Of a stretch of DNA of 35,727 bases, positions 25,432-34,010 are shown piece by piece. This stretch comes from a virus (Duplodnaviria; Caudoviricetes). The stretch lies in the IMG/VR virus record IMGVR_UViG_3300016467_000203, positions 1 through 35,727 of that record; one strand, written 5' to 3'. The translations under genes and the position numbers were made by a program. Each line of letters starts with the position of its first letter. Within the stretch, counting starts at the first letter, position 1. The notes under the pieces are model-generated. The model saw nothing but the letters and a program-made list of their open reading frames with translations. It was not told where the DNA came from and ran no database searches.

Positions 25432-25743
25432 ATGCGCCGCACTTACCGTTATGACCACAAGGCACAGAAAATGGTGGAGGTCTATAACGATGGCCCCACT
25501 GAGCATAAGACCCGGTTTATCAGCGATGCCCACTATGATGGTTTGCGGGCGACGGATGGCACGGACATCAGCACCCGCAAGAAGCACCGCGAGTACATGA
25601 AACGGCATGGCCTGACTACGGCGGATGATTTTTCATCGTCATGGGACAAGGCAAAGAAGGAGCGCGAACAATACTTCCAGCGCGGCGGGAGCATTACCCG
25701 CAAGGACATTTTGGAAGTCATACAACGTCTGGAGAATAAATAA
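25432..25743 (+). CDS. Hypothetical head-region protein
   Basis: GAGGA ribosome-binding site; DGTDISTRKKHREYMKRHG motif. Confidence 0.8.
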   Translation: MRRTYRYDHKAQKMVEVYNDGPTEHKTRFISDAHYDGLRATDGTDISTRKKHREYMKRHGLTTADDFSSSWDKAKKEREQYFQRGGSITRKDILEVIQRLENK

Positions 25744-25746
25744 AAA

Positions 25747-26850
25747 ATGACTGAACCCACCACGATCAGGGACGCGCTGGAAGCAGCAGTTCCGCAAGAC
25801 GAAACCAATATTGTTGCGAGCCAGCCGGTAGAGCAGGTAGCAGCATCTGAACCTGGCCCTGTAGCGCAAGAGCCTGTCGAAGCGTTGGGCGAAGCGGAAC
25901 AGCCGCTGTTGTTTGACGTTGATGAGAAGCCCGAAGCGCCTAAACTAGAAGCGCCAAAGCCGGAAGCCAAGACTGAGGAAGGCGTTAAATCTGGTCCGAA
26001 ACCTGGACCAAAGCCAGCGGAGGAAAAGGCCCCGGCGTCATGGAAACCGGAGTTGCGGGAGCAGTGGAGCACTTTGCCGCAGTCTGTTCGCAGCGAGATT
26101 ACGCGCCGCGAGCGTGAGGTTCAGAAAACGCTGAAGGATACGTCAGAGGCGCGGAACTACGCCGACGCCATGTCCAAAGCGATTGCGCCGTATGAAATGT
26201 TCATACAATCGGAAAACAGCAATCACGTTCAAGCCGTGCAAAACGTCATGGCGACGGCAGCAAAGATGCGGACGGCACCGGCCCCGGCGCTGGCGCATGA
26301 AATTGCCCAGCTTGTGAAACATTACGGGGTTGGCCGGTTTGGCAAGGGCTTTATTGAGCAGTTGGATCAGGCGCTGGTAGGCGAGGTGCCGCAGGTTGAC
26401 CCGCAGATTATGGCGGTTCAGCAGGCGGTTCAGCAGCAGATGGCCCCTGTTCAGCAGTTCATGTCGCAATTCCAGCAGGCCCAGATGGCGCAACAGCAGA
26501 TGGTGCGGCAGGAAGCGCAGGGAGAGGTACAGGACTTTTTGTCGCAAGCCGAGTTTGCCAACGATGTGCGCGAGGACATGGCGGACCTGATGGAAGTGGC
26601 CCAGCGCAGGGGCAGGGAGCTTTCCTTGCAGGAGGCTTACCGCCAAGCGTGCCTGACCAACCCCCAGGTCAGAAAGGTTCTGGAAGGCCGTCAGAAGGCC
26701 GCTGGCGGGCAACGGCTGACAGAGGCGGCTGTTAGAGCCAAGCAGGCGGCGGTGAGCGTGACGGGCAGTCCGGCGATGGCCGCGCCGCAAGGCACCGCGC
26801 CTGACATCAGGGGCGCGATTGAAGCTGCCCTTGCAGCCCATTCGCGGTAA
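25747..26850 (+). CDS. Capsid scaffolding protein
   Basis: Acidic Pro-rich N-terminus, APASWK..W..LP motif, helical Gln-rich body; directly upstream of major capsid. Confidence 0.75.
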   Translation: MTEPTTIRDALEAAVPQDETNIVASQPVEQVAASEPGPVAQEPVEALGEAEQPLLFDVDEKPEAPKLEAPKPEAKTEEGVKSGPKPGPKPAEEKAPASWKPELREQWSTLPQSVRSEITRREREVQKTLKDTSEARNYADAMSKAIAPYEMFIQSENSNHVQAVQNVMATAAKMRTAPAPALAHEIAQLVKHYGVGRFGKGFIEQLDQALVGEVPQVDPQIMAVQQAVQQQMAPVQQFMSQFQQAQMAQQQMVRQEAQGEVQDFLSQAEFANDVREDMADLMEVAQRRGRELSLQEAYRQACLTNPQVRKVLEGRQKAAGGQRLTEAAVRAKQAAVSVTGSPAMAAPQGTAPDIRGAIEAALAAHSR

Positions 26851-26859
26851 TGATACAAC

Positions 26860-27146
26860 AGCGCCTGTGTTGTTATTGTCACAACATAAAAGTGTGGCAT
26901 AAATAACACAGGTGCTAACCGGGGCCGGGAGCCGAACGCAGCCAAGCTGCGCCATCGTCCTGAACCCTGCGAAGAACCTGACTAGCTTGCAGCAACAGCA
27001 GGGCGGAAGGCTGAAGCCTCATCCCTCTGTTAGTGGCATGAATGCCATCCGGCGTCCGCGCTGGAACATGACTGGGCCATATCGTTCGTCTGCAACGGCG
27101 ATGTGCATTTAACCCAACCGCGCCTGCGGGCGCTCAGTCATGGAGA
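26860..27146 (+). ncRNA. Candidate structured RNA / capsid mRNA leader
   Basis: Three helical domains with many G.U pairs on the + strand (see findings). Confidence 0.55.
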
Positions 27147-27153
27147 AACCACA

Positions 27154-28131
27154 ATGGCTTTTGCCAATACGTCCGTTACGGACATCATTGCGACTACCAT
27201 CCAGTCGCGCAGCCGCAAGATTGCGGATAACGTCACCAAGAACAACGCCCTGTCGGCCAAGCTGAACCAGCGCGGCAACGTGAAGCCTTTTGGCGGCGGT
27301 AACGTGATCTTCCAGGAACTGTCGTTTGCCGAAAATGGCAACGCCGGGTTCTATTCTGGCTACGATCTGCTGCCGGTTGCTGCGTCTGACGTTATCAGCG
27401 CCGCTGAGTTTAACATCAAGCAGTTGGCCTGCCCGGTTGTCATGTCCGGTCTGGAAATGCTCCAGAACTCTGGCCGCGAAGCCTTCATTGACCTGCTGGA
27501 AGCCCGCCTGAACGTGGCTGAAAGCACGATGGCGAACAAGCTGGCTGGCTCGCTGTACAGCGACGGCACCGGCTCTGGCGGTAAGGAAGTGACCGGCCTT
27601 GGTGCCGCTGTCCCGACTGACCCGACCACTGGCACCTATGGCGGCATTGATCGCGCCACTTGGTCGTTCTGGCGTTCGGGCCTGTATGACTTCAGCGTTC
27701 AGAGCGTCACCCCGTCCGCGACCACCATTCAGGCTGCCATGAATAAGCTGTGGTCGTCGCTGGTTCGCGGTGCGGATCGTCCCGACCTGGTTGTTCTGGA
27801 CAACACCTACTGGTCGTACTTCATGGGTTCGTTGCAGGCGCAGCAGCGTTTCACTGACCCCAAGACCGGCGACCTTGGCTTCCCGACCATCAAGTTCATG
27901 GACGCTGACGTTGTTCTGGACGGTGGTATCGGCGGTTACTGCCCGGCCAACACCGGCTTCATGCTGAACACCAAGTACCTGTTCCTGCGTCCCCATAAGG
28001 ACCGGAACATGGTGGCTCTCAGCCCGAACCGCCGCTATGCCATCAACCAGGACGCTGAAGTTCAGATTCTGGCTTGGGCTGGCAACCTGACTTGTTCTGG
28101 CGCTCAGTTCCAGGGCCGCATCCAGAACTAA
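27154..28131 (+). CDS. Major capsid protein
   Basis: 325 aa; GGAGA ribosome-binding site; strongly biased codons; YSGYD, GTYGGIDRATW and WAGNLT motifs of podovirus HK97-fold capsids. Confidence 0.92.
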   Translation: MAFANTSVTDIIATTIQSRSRKIADNVTKNNALSAKLNQRGNVKPFGGGNVIFQELSFAENGNAGFYSGYDLLPVAASDVISAAEFNIKQLACPVVMSGLEMLQNSGREAFIDLLEARLNVAESTMANKLAGSLYSDGTGSGGKEVTGLGAAVPTDPTTGTYGGIDRATWSFWRSGLYDFSVQSVTPSATTIQAAMNKLWSSLVRGADRPDLVVLDNTYWSYFMGSLQAQQRFTDPKTGDLGFPTIKFMDADVVLDGGIGGYCPANTGFMLNTKYLFLRPHKDRNMVALSPNRRYAINQDAEVQILAWAGNLTCSGAQFQGRIQN

Positions 28132-28199
28132 GTAACCCCGTGGTGGGGGTTTACCTTGCCTTGGTGGGCTGGGTGAACCCCCGTCCACCAAGGTCTTTT
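28132..28199 (+). terminator. Tandem hairpins after capsid gene; second is followed by a short U tract
   Basis: GTAACCCC/GGGGTTTAC 28132-28154; CCTTGGTGG/CCACCAAGG 28159-28193 then TCTTTT. Confidence 0.6.
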
Positions 28200-28212
28200 A
28201 AAGAGGTAAATT

Positions 28213-28401
28213 ATGGCCGCTACTTACAGTTCTGCCGTTTCTGCTGCTTACCCCGCTGTTGTTGACACCAATGCCTCACAGGACACTGGTGCCGTTTGCG
28301 AAGGCATCGGTTTGACCGGCAGTGACGGAGCTTCAATCAGTGGTTGGCGTATCGGTGCGTCTAGCACCACCGCTGACTTGAAGATTGAAACTAACGCCTA
28401 A
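28213..28401 (+). CDS. Small virion (decoration-like) protein
   Basis: GAGGT ribosome-binding site; 62 aa directly after capsid. Confidence 0.7.
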   Translation: MAATYSSAVSAAYPAVVDTNASQDTGAVCEGIGLTGSDGASISGWRIGASSTTADLKIETNA

Positions 28402-28402
28402 C

Positions 28403-28431
28403 TAGTGGGGCTTCGGCCCCACTAATCTTTT
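28403..28431 (+). terminator. Intrinsic terminator with cUUCGg loop
   Basis: TAGTGGGGC-TTCG-GCCCCACTA then ATCTTTT. Confidence 0.85.
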
Positions 28432-28454
28432 AACCAAAAAATAGGGAAAACCCC

Positions 28455-29066
28455 ATGAACACCGCCACCGCGACTACTGACTGGTCCTCGATTGCCGATG
28501 CGCCTGGTCTTGATGAATCACGTTTTTCTGAGGACAGCCGACTTGGCGTTTCTTTCTATCGCAAGCCTGTTCTTCAAACCGGCGCAAGCGAAGAAGCTGG
28601 CCGCGCAATCTACAAGGAAGTGGATTACATCAAAATTATGATTCCAGGCGACAAGCTGCTGATGATTGATGAGCCGGTAAACGACATCAATCGTCGCCGT
28701 TTTGCCGACAAATATGCCAAGTGGCAGGCAGGCGCTGGAAATGCTGTCGAAGGCACGCCGCTGACCGCGCTGCCGAAGATGACGCCTTCAAAGATTGAAG
28801 AATACAAGTTCTTCAACATCACCACCGTTGAGCAGCTTGCGGGCGCGTCGGATGCGGTGGGCCAAAAGTTCTTTGGTTTCTCCGAGGACAAGCGTGCGGC
28901 CAACAACTTCATTGAGCTGGCGAAAGGCAACGCCCCGCTGGTGAAGATGAGCGAAGAACTCAAAGAGCGTGACGCCAAGATCGAAGAAATGCAGGAACAG
29001 CTTAACGCGCTGACCCGCATGATGAATGGCAAGAAGTCTGGCAAGGCCGATAAATCGGAAGATTGA
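28455..29066 (+). CDS. Conserved hypothetical head-region protein
   Basis: 203 aa; GTPL..ITTVEQLA motif; C-terminal coiled coil. Confidence 0.8.
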   Translation: MNTATATTDWSSIADAPGLDESRFSEDSRLGVSFYRKPVLQTGASEEAGRAIYKEVDYIKIMIPGDKLLMIDEPVNDINRRRFADKYAKWQAGAGNAVEGTPLTALPKMTPSKIEEYKFFNITTVEQLAGASDAVGQKFFGFSEDKRAANNFIELAKGNAPLVKMSEELKERDAKIEEMQEQLNALTRMMNGKKSGKADKSED

Positions 29067-29078
29067 GGGTAAAACGGG

Positions 29079-29828
29079 ATGGCTTACCAGATCGTCAATG
29101 ATTCGACGTTAGGCGTGATCGTTCAGAACGTCGCGCAGATGGTGAGCTACGACACCCCCAGTGACCCCGCTGGTTCGTCGGACCCGTCTGTGCAGCAGAT
29201 GGTCCAGGCCGTCAACATGGCTGGCCTGGACCTTCTGTCTCTTTATGACTGGCAGGAACTGACTAAGCCATACACTATGTCCATCCAAGCGGATGGGCCT
29301 GGGCAGTCGCAGAAAGCATTTGCGCTTCCGGAGGACTTCTACGACTGGGTTGACCAGACTCAGTGGAACAGCACGAACCAATGGCCTGCGATTGGTCCTA
29401 TCTCTCCGCAGATGTGGCAGCAGCTTATTGTGCGGCAGGTGCTGCCAACACTGTCGTTCTACTGGCAGGTGCGCGACAACAAAATCTATATCCTTTCGCC
29501 GCCTACTGACGCGCAAGACTTGGTGTTTTTCTACCAGTCGGCTGCTTGGGTGCGGGATCAAGACGATCCAAACCTATATAAGAACCGCGCCACCAAAAAC
29601 GGCGACACGATCCTGTTGGACAGCTATCTTGTCACGCTATACGCGCGTGCAAAATGGCTGGAAATGAAGGGCTTGGACAGCAGCGCCGCAATGCGCGATT
29701 TCCACCTGACGCTTGAAAACCGTTGGGGTCAGGAAAAGGGTGCGCCTGTTCTGACGATGGTTCGCACTTACGGCTTCCCATACATCCAGCCGCTGACTAA
29801 CACCCCAGACACCGGATTTGGTGGATAG
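29079..29828 (+). CDS. Head-tail adaptor (P22 gp4-like position)
   Basis: 249 aa; LPEDF and GP.SPQ.WQ motifs; synteny. Confidence 0.7.
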   Translation: MAYQIVNDSTLGVIVQNVAQMVSYDTPSDPAGSSDPSVQQMVQAVNMAGLDLLSLYDWQELTKPYTMSIQADGPGQSQKAFALPEDFYDWVDQTQWNSTNQWPAIGPISPQMWQQLIVRQVLPTLSFYWQVRDNKIYILSPPTDAQDLVFFYQSAAWVRDQDDPNLYKNRATKNGDTILLDSYLVTLYARAKWLEMKGLDSSAAMRDFHLTLENRWGQEKGAPVLTMVRTYGFPYIQPLTNTPDTGFGG

Positions 29829-29830
29829 CC

Positions 29831-31414
29831 ATGCCACTGGTCCCGCTGCGCCAAACAAAATCGCCAATAAAATCTGCGGCTTCGCAGGTTGCGCTGTTGC
29901 GTATGTCACCTGCGCCGGTTGGTGGGCTTAACTTCCGCGACAGCATTGCCAATATGCCTGTGCAGGACGCGCTTATTTTAAAAAACTTTATTCCCAAGCG
30001 CACCGGGACAGAACTTCGCGCCGGATGGCAGTACAAAACAGAGGCGCTTGAAAACCCTATTGGGTCAATGTTTTCTTACAACGCTGGTGAAAACAGCAAA
30101 TTGTTCGCGGCTAGTAACGGCGGTATATGGGACGTTACAGTTGAAGAACCTGTGCTGGAATCTGGCCCTTCTGGTTCCGACGACGATATTTGGGTTACAA
30201 CGCAGTTTTCTAACGGAGCAGGAAACTTCCTGCTGGCTGTATCCCCCGGCGCTGGGTACTGGACATACGACGGGACAACCTGGACGCAGCAAACTGTAAC
30301 TGGGCTTCCTGCCGATCCAAATTTTGTAATGGTTTGGAAAAATCGCGTCTGGTTCGCTATTAAAGATACTTCTGTAGTTTATTACTTGCGCGACGTTGAC
30401 GCCATCGCGGGTCATGCAGACCCGTTTGAAATGGGTTCTGTGCTACGCAATGGCGGCTACATTCGTGGCCTTATGAACTGGACTATGGACGCAGGTGCTG
30501 GCATTGACGATTACTTGGTAGTCGCAGGCAGCGAAGGCGATGTTGCTGTTTGGCAGGGTACAGACCCCAGTGACCCTAATAATTTTGGGCAAAAGGGTAT
30601 CTGGTACGTTGGTCCTATACCGAACCACGGAAACTTTTTTACGTCATACGGCGGCGATGTAATGCTGCTGTCGGAACTTGGGCTTGTTCCTATTTCTCGT
30701 TTAGTCAACGGTCAGTTCTCTGCTGATCTTAGCCAAGGACCGTCTGCCAAAGTGCAGCCGGTGCTTTCGCCGCTAGTGACTAAATTGCGCAACGTATCTG
30801 CTTTTGATTTGCAGGTAATTTCCAGTCAGGAAATTTTGCTTATCAAATTGCCGCCTCAAGGCGCTGCGTATGAGCAGTACGCCATGAACGTCAATTCTGG
30901 CGCGTGGTGTACGTTAAACAACATGCCGATGACGGCGTGCTGCCTGTTTGGCGGAAAGTTTTATTTTGCCACAGATGACAATCGCGTGGCGCTTGGTTTT
31001 ACCGGGTCGCTAGACCAGGTTGAAGTTGACGGCTCGCTAGGCGAGGCGGTCCAAGGAGATGTGCAAACGGCGTTTAATGCTTACGACGCGCCGGGCCAAT
31101 TAAAACAGTTTGTTATGGCCCGCCCGATATTTATTTGCACGCAGCCGCCTAGCATAAAAGTTCGGTTGAATACGCAGTATTCCACGCAAGGCGTGGCCGG
31201 TTCGCCTTCTTTTGTTGCAGAGCTTAACCCCGAATGGGACGTTGATAAATGGAACATTGCCCGCTGGGCGTCTGCATCTAACGTGTATCAAATCTGGGTT
31301 GGCGTCACAGGGCTTGGCTATTACGGATCGCTGCGTATGCGTGTTCGCGGGCTTGGTGGTTCGACCACTTTTTCGAGCTTTCATGTGATGGGACAGATTG
31401 GTGGAGTAATGTAA
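29831..31414 (+). CDS. Tail nozzle/stabilisation protein (P22 gp10-like position)
   Basis: 527 aa beta-rich; PAPVGGLN N-terminus; synteny. Confidence 0.75.
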   Translation: MPLVPLRQTKSPIKSAASQVALLRMSPAPVGGLNFRDSIANMPVQDALILKNFIPKRTGTELRAGWQYKTEALENPIGSMFSYNAGENSKLFAASNGGIWDVTVEEPVLESGPSGSDDDIWVTTQFSNGAGNFLLAVSPGAGYWTYDGTTWTQQTVTGLPADPNFVMVWKNRVWFAIKDTSVVYYLRDVDAIAGHADPFEMGSVLRNGGYIRGLMNWTMDAGAGIDDYLVVAGSEGDVAVWQGTDPSDPNNFGQKGIWYVGPIPNHGNFFTSYGGDVMLLSELGLVPISRLVNGQFSADLSQGPSAKVQPVLSPLVTKLRNVSAFDLQVISSQEILLIKLPPQGAAYEQYAMNVNSGAWCTLNNMPMTACCLFGGKFYFATDDNRVALGFTGSLDQVEVDGSLGEAVQGDVQTAFNAYDAPGQLKQFVMARPIFICTQPPSIKVRLNTQYSTQGVAGSPSFVAELNPEWDVDKWNIARWASASNVYQIWVGVTGLGYYGSLRMRVRGLGGSTTFSSFHVMGQIGGVM

Positions 31415-31863
31415 TGGCTGAAGGTAGCGCACTGATTGCAGCGTTGCGTGCGGCTTCCCCATCTGCGGAAGCTGCACCGCAAGCACAGTCTTTTCAGACG
31501 CTTTCGTTCCCGTGGCAGCGCAATGCGCCTGCTACGCCGTCGCCAGTCATGCAGTTGCCCATGCCAGCGCCTGCCCAGACATACACGCCGCCGCCGCGTG
31601 TGGCGGCTAACAGCGTTGACCCGTACACGGAACAGCCTGCTACGCCGCAGTCGTACTACAACCCGTACAACTATGATTTCAGCAGCAGCAACCCTGATGA
31701 AACCAACTTTAGCTTTACCGCGCCAATTGATTACCAGAACCCAGCGATACCGAAGCAGAACGTTGACCCCAGTCTTGGGTACAACATGCCTGACTATACG
31801 AACCCGTATGTTTATTACGCGCAATACAACGACGCTGACCCTGCGCTATGGAACCTGTACTAA
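31414..31863 (+). CDS. Pro/Gln/Tyr/Asn-rich low-complexity protein
   Basis: TAATG overlaps at both ends. Confidence 0.7.
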   Translation: MAEGSALIAALRAASPSAEAAPQAQSFQTLSFPWQRNAPATPSPVMQLPMPAPAQTYTPPPRVAANSVDPYTEQPATPQSYYNPYNYDFSSSNPDETNFSFTAPIDYQNPAIPKQNVDPSLGYNMPDYTNPYVYYAQYNDADPALWNLY

Positions 31864-32300
31864 TGATTGTGTTTGGCCCACATGACGTTCTTGGTGCGTG
31901 GCTCTGCCAGCGCATCCAATACGTCCCTACGCCTAACCTGCGCTGCCTCGCCAATGTGGACGAGAGCGGCAAAATTGTGGGCGTTGTGGGCTTTGACAAC
32001 TGGAACGGTGCGTCTTGCCAGATGCACGTTGCTGGCGAAGGAAATTGGGTGACGCGCGAGTTTCTGCGCTGCACGTTTGACTACGCTTTTAACACAGCAA
32101 AGCTAAACGTGGTAATTGGCGCGGTTCCGTCAGGAAACAAGCGGGCGTTGAAGTTTGACAAGCACATTGGTTTTGAAGAAGTGGCCTCCATTGAGGGTGG
32201 TCATCCCGATGGCAGCTTGGTAATCCTGTCGCTGCGGCGTGAGGATTGCCGCTATTTGGAGAAGGACAATGGGAAGCAAATCCACGCCCGCGCCGCCTGA
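31863..32300 (+). CDS. GNAT-fold acetyltransferase-like protein (P22 gp14-like position)
   Basis: FDYAF...V..GNKRALKFDKHIGFEEV motif. Confidence 0.8.
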   Translation: MIVFGPHDVLGAWLCQRIQYVPTPNLRCLANVDESGKIVGVVGFDNWNGASCQMHVAGEGNWVTREFLRCTFDYAFNTAKLNVVIGAVPSGNKRALKFDKHIGFEEVASIEGGHPDGSLVILSLRREDCRYLEKDNGKQIHARAA

Positions 32301-33597
32301 TTACACGGGTGCCGCCAACGCGCAGGCTCAAGCATCACGCGAAAACGTGATTACGCAGAACTATGCCAACCGCCCGGAAGTTTACACGCCGTGGGGGTCG
32401 CAGACCTGGAACGCCAGCGCCCAGATTGATCCGGCGACGGGGCAGCGCGTTACGCAGTGGCAGCAAAACGTCAATCTGGCCCCGGAGCTTCAGAACGCGC
32501 TCAACTCGCAGATTGCCACACAGCAGGGCCGAAGCAACCTTGCGTCTGGCTTCATGCAGCGCGTGGGCGATGCTTACAGCCAGCCGTTTGACTGGCAGAA
32601 CCTGCCGTCCATGACCGCGCCTGGTACGCCGGGCAGCTTGCAGACCAGAACAACGGATTACACGCCGGGTCTGAGCACTTCGTATAACTTCGGCAACGCG
32701 CCTACAGCGCCGACGTATGACACCAGCTACCGCAACAGTATTGCTCAGTCGCTGATGCAACAAATGGCCCCGCTGCATCAGTATCAGCAGCAGCAGCTCG
32801 AAACCAAGCTGTCTAATCAGGGCTTCAAGCAGGGTACGGAAGGCTATCAGCGTGCGCTGGATGATCTAGCCCGTCGCCAGTCGGCTGAACAGTATGACGC
32901 CTTCCGCGTGGCTGGCCAGGAAGCGCAGAATATGTTTGGCGCTGGTATGCAATCGCGTCAGCAGGCCATTAACGAAGCGACAAGCCAAGGTAATTTTGGA
33001 AATCAGGCGCTGAATCAGGCGTCTGCTATGGACCTTGCGCGTATGCAGGCCATGAACAGCGCGGTGGGCCAGCAATTTGGTCTTGGCAATCAGTATTCGG
33101 ATTCCATGAACCGCTTGCGCCAGCAGGCGATTGCGGAGCAGGCGCAGGCTCGCGGTATGCCGCTAAATGAAATGAACGCGCTGCTGACAGGCCAGCAAGT
33201 CGGGATGCCGCAGTTCCCGTCTTTTAGCCAGGCTGGGCGTGCAGAAACGCCTGATCTGTTGGGCGCAACAAACATGGGCTATCAGGCGCAGCTTGACGCT
33301 TACAACGCGCAGCAGGGTGCTTTGGGCGGCTTGATGAGTGGCTTGGGAAGCATTGCCGGTGCTGCCGCTCCGTTTGTTACTGGCGCTCCGTTCTCTTTCT
33401 CCGACGTTCGCCTGAAGTCGAACATCGAGCAGGTTGGCACGCATCCTGTCGGCGTCGGCGTGTACGAATACGACATTTTTGACCGCAGGGAGCGCGGCGT
33501 GATCGCGCAGGAACTGCTGACCGTCAGGCCGGACCTGGTGGCGCAGCATCCCAGCGGATACCTAATGGTGAACTACAGCGGATTGAATGGAGCCTGA
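32269..33597 (+). CDS. Ejection-type virion protein with C-terminal peptidase S74-like autocleavage domain
   Basis: MGSKSTPAPPDY N-terminus; Gln/Ala-rich; FSDVRLKSNI...GVIAQE...P..V...VNYS. Confidence 0.8.
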   Translation: MGSKSTPAPPDYTGAANAQAQASRENVITQNYANRPEVYTPWGSQTWNASAQIDPATGQRVTQWQQNVNLAPELQNALNSQIATQQGRSNLASGFMQRVGDAYSQPFDWQNLPSMTAPGTPGSLQTRTTDYTPGLSTSYNFGNAPTAPTYDTSYRNSIAQSLMQQMAPLHQYQQQQLETKLSNQGFKQGTEGYQRALDDLARRQSAEQYDAFRVAGQEAQNMFGAGMQSRQQAINEATSQGNFGNQALNQASAMDLARMQAMNSAVGQQFGLGNQYSDSMNRLRQQAIAEQAQARGMPLNEMNALLTGQQVGMPQFPSFSQAGRAETPDLLGATNMGYQAQLDAYNAQQGALGGLMSGLGSIAGAAAPFVTGAPFSFSDVRLKSNIEQVGTHPVGVGVYEYDIFDRRERGVIAQELLTVRPDLVAQHPSGYLMVNYSGLNGA

Positions 33598-34000
33598 TAT
33601 GGATGACGATAAGGACAGGGCATTATTTGCGTACCTGCTTTCGCAGGGGCAGCTTACGCCGGAGCAGGAGCAGATGCTTCGGCAGCAGGAATCCATCAAC
33701 ACGCTGCGTGAGCGTTCGATGGAAATGCCTGAAACAAGGATGATGGGCCGCGTAGCCGTTGCCCCGTCATGGGCGCAGGCGCTGGGCAATGTCGCGCAGG
33801 GTATTTCGGCTGGCTATCAGCAGAAGAAGCTGGACACGCGGCGCGGTGAAATGTCTGACATGCAGCGCCAAGGTCTTGAAAGGCTGATGGGTGGCATGTT
33901 CCCGGCCAAGCAGCCGACGCCTGCTCCGACTGGCGCTGGTAGCCCGTATGACATTATGAATATGACGGAAGAAGAAAAGCGCCTGTATTTCGGCGGTTAA
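33587..34000 (+). CDS. Putative ejection protein
   Basis: 137 aa, helical; synteny. Confidence 0.7.
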   Translation: MEPDMDDDKDRALFAYLLSQGQLTPEQEQMLRQQESINTLRERSMEMPETRMMGRVAVAPSWAQALGNVAQGISAGYQQKKLDTRRGEMSDMQRQGLERLMGGMFPAKQPTPAPTGAGSPYDIMNMTEEEKRLYFGG

Positions 34001-34010
34001 TAGGTGAAAC

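Noticed and set aside
26860-26916. Intrinsic terminator after scaffold gene
   Set aside because: No U tract follows and the stem is unusually long; treated as part of the structured leader.
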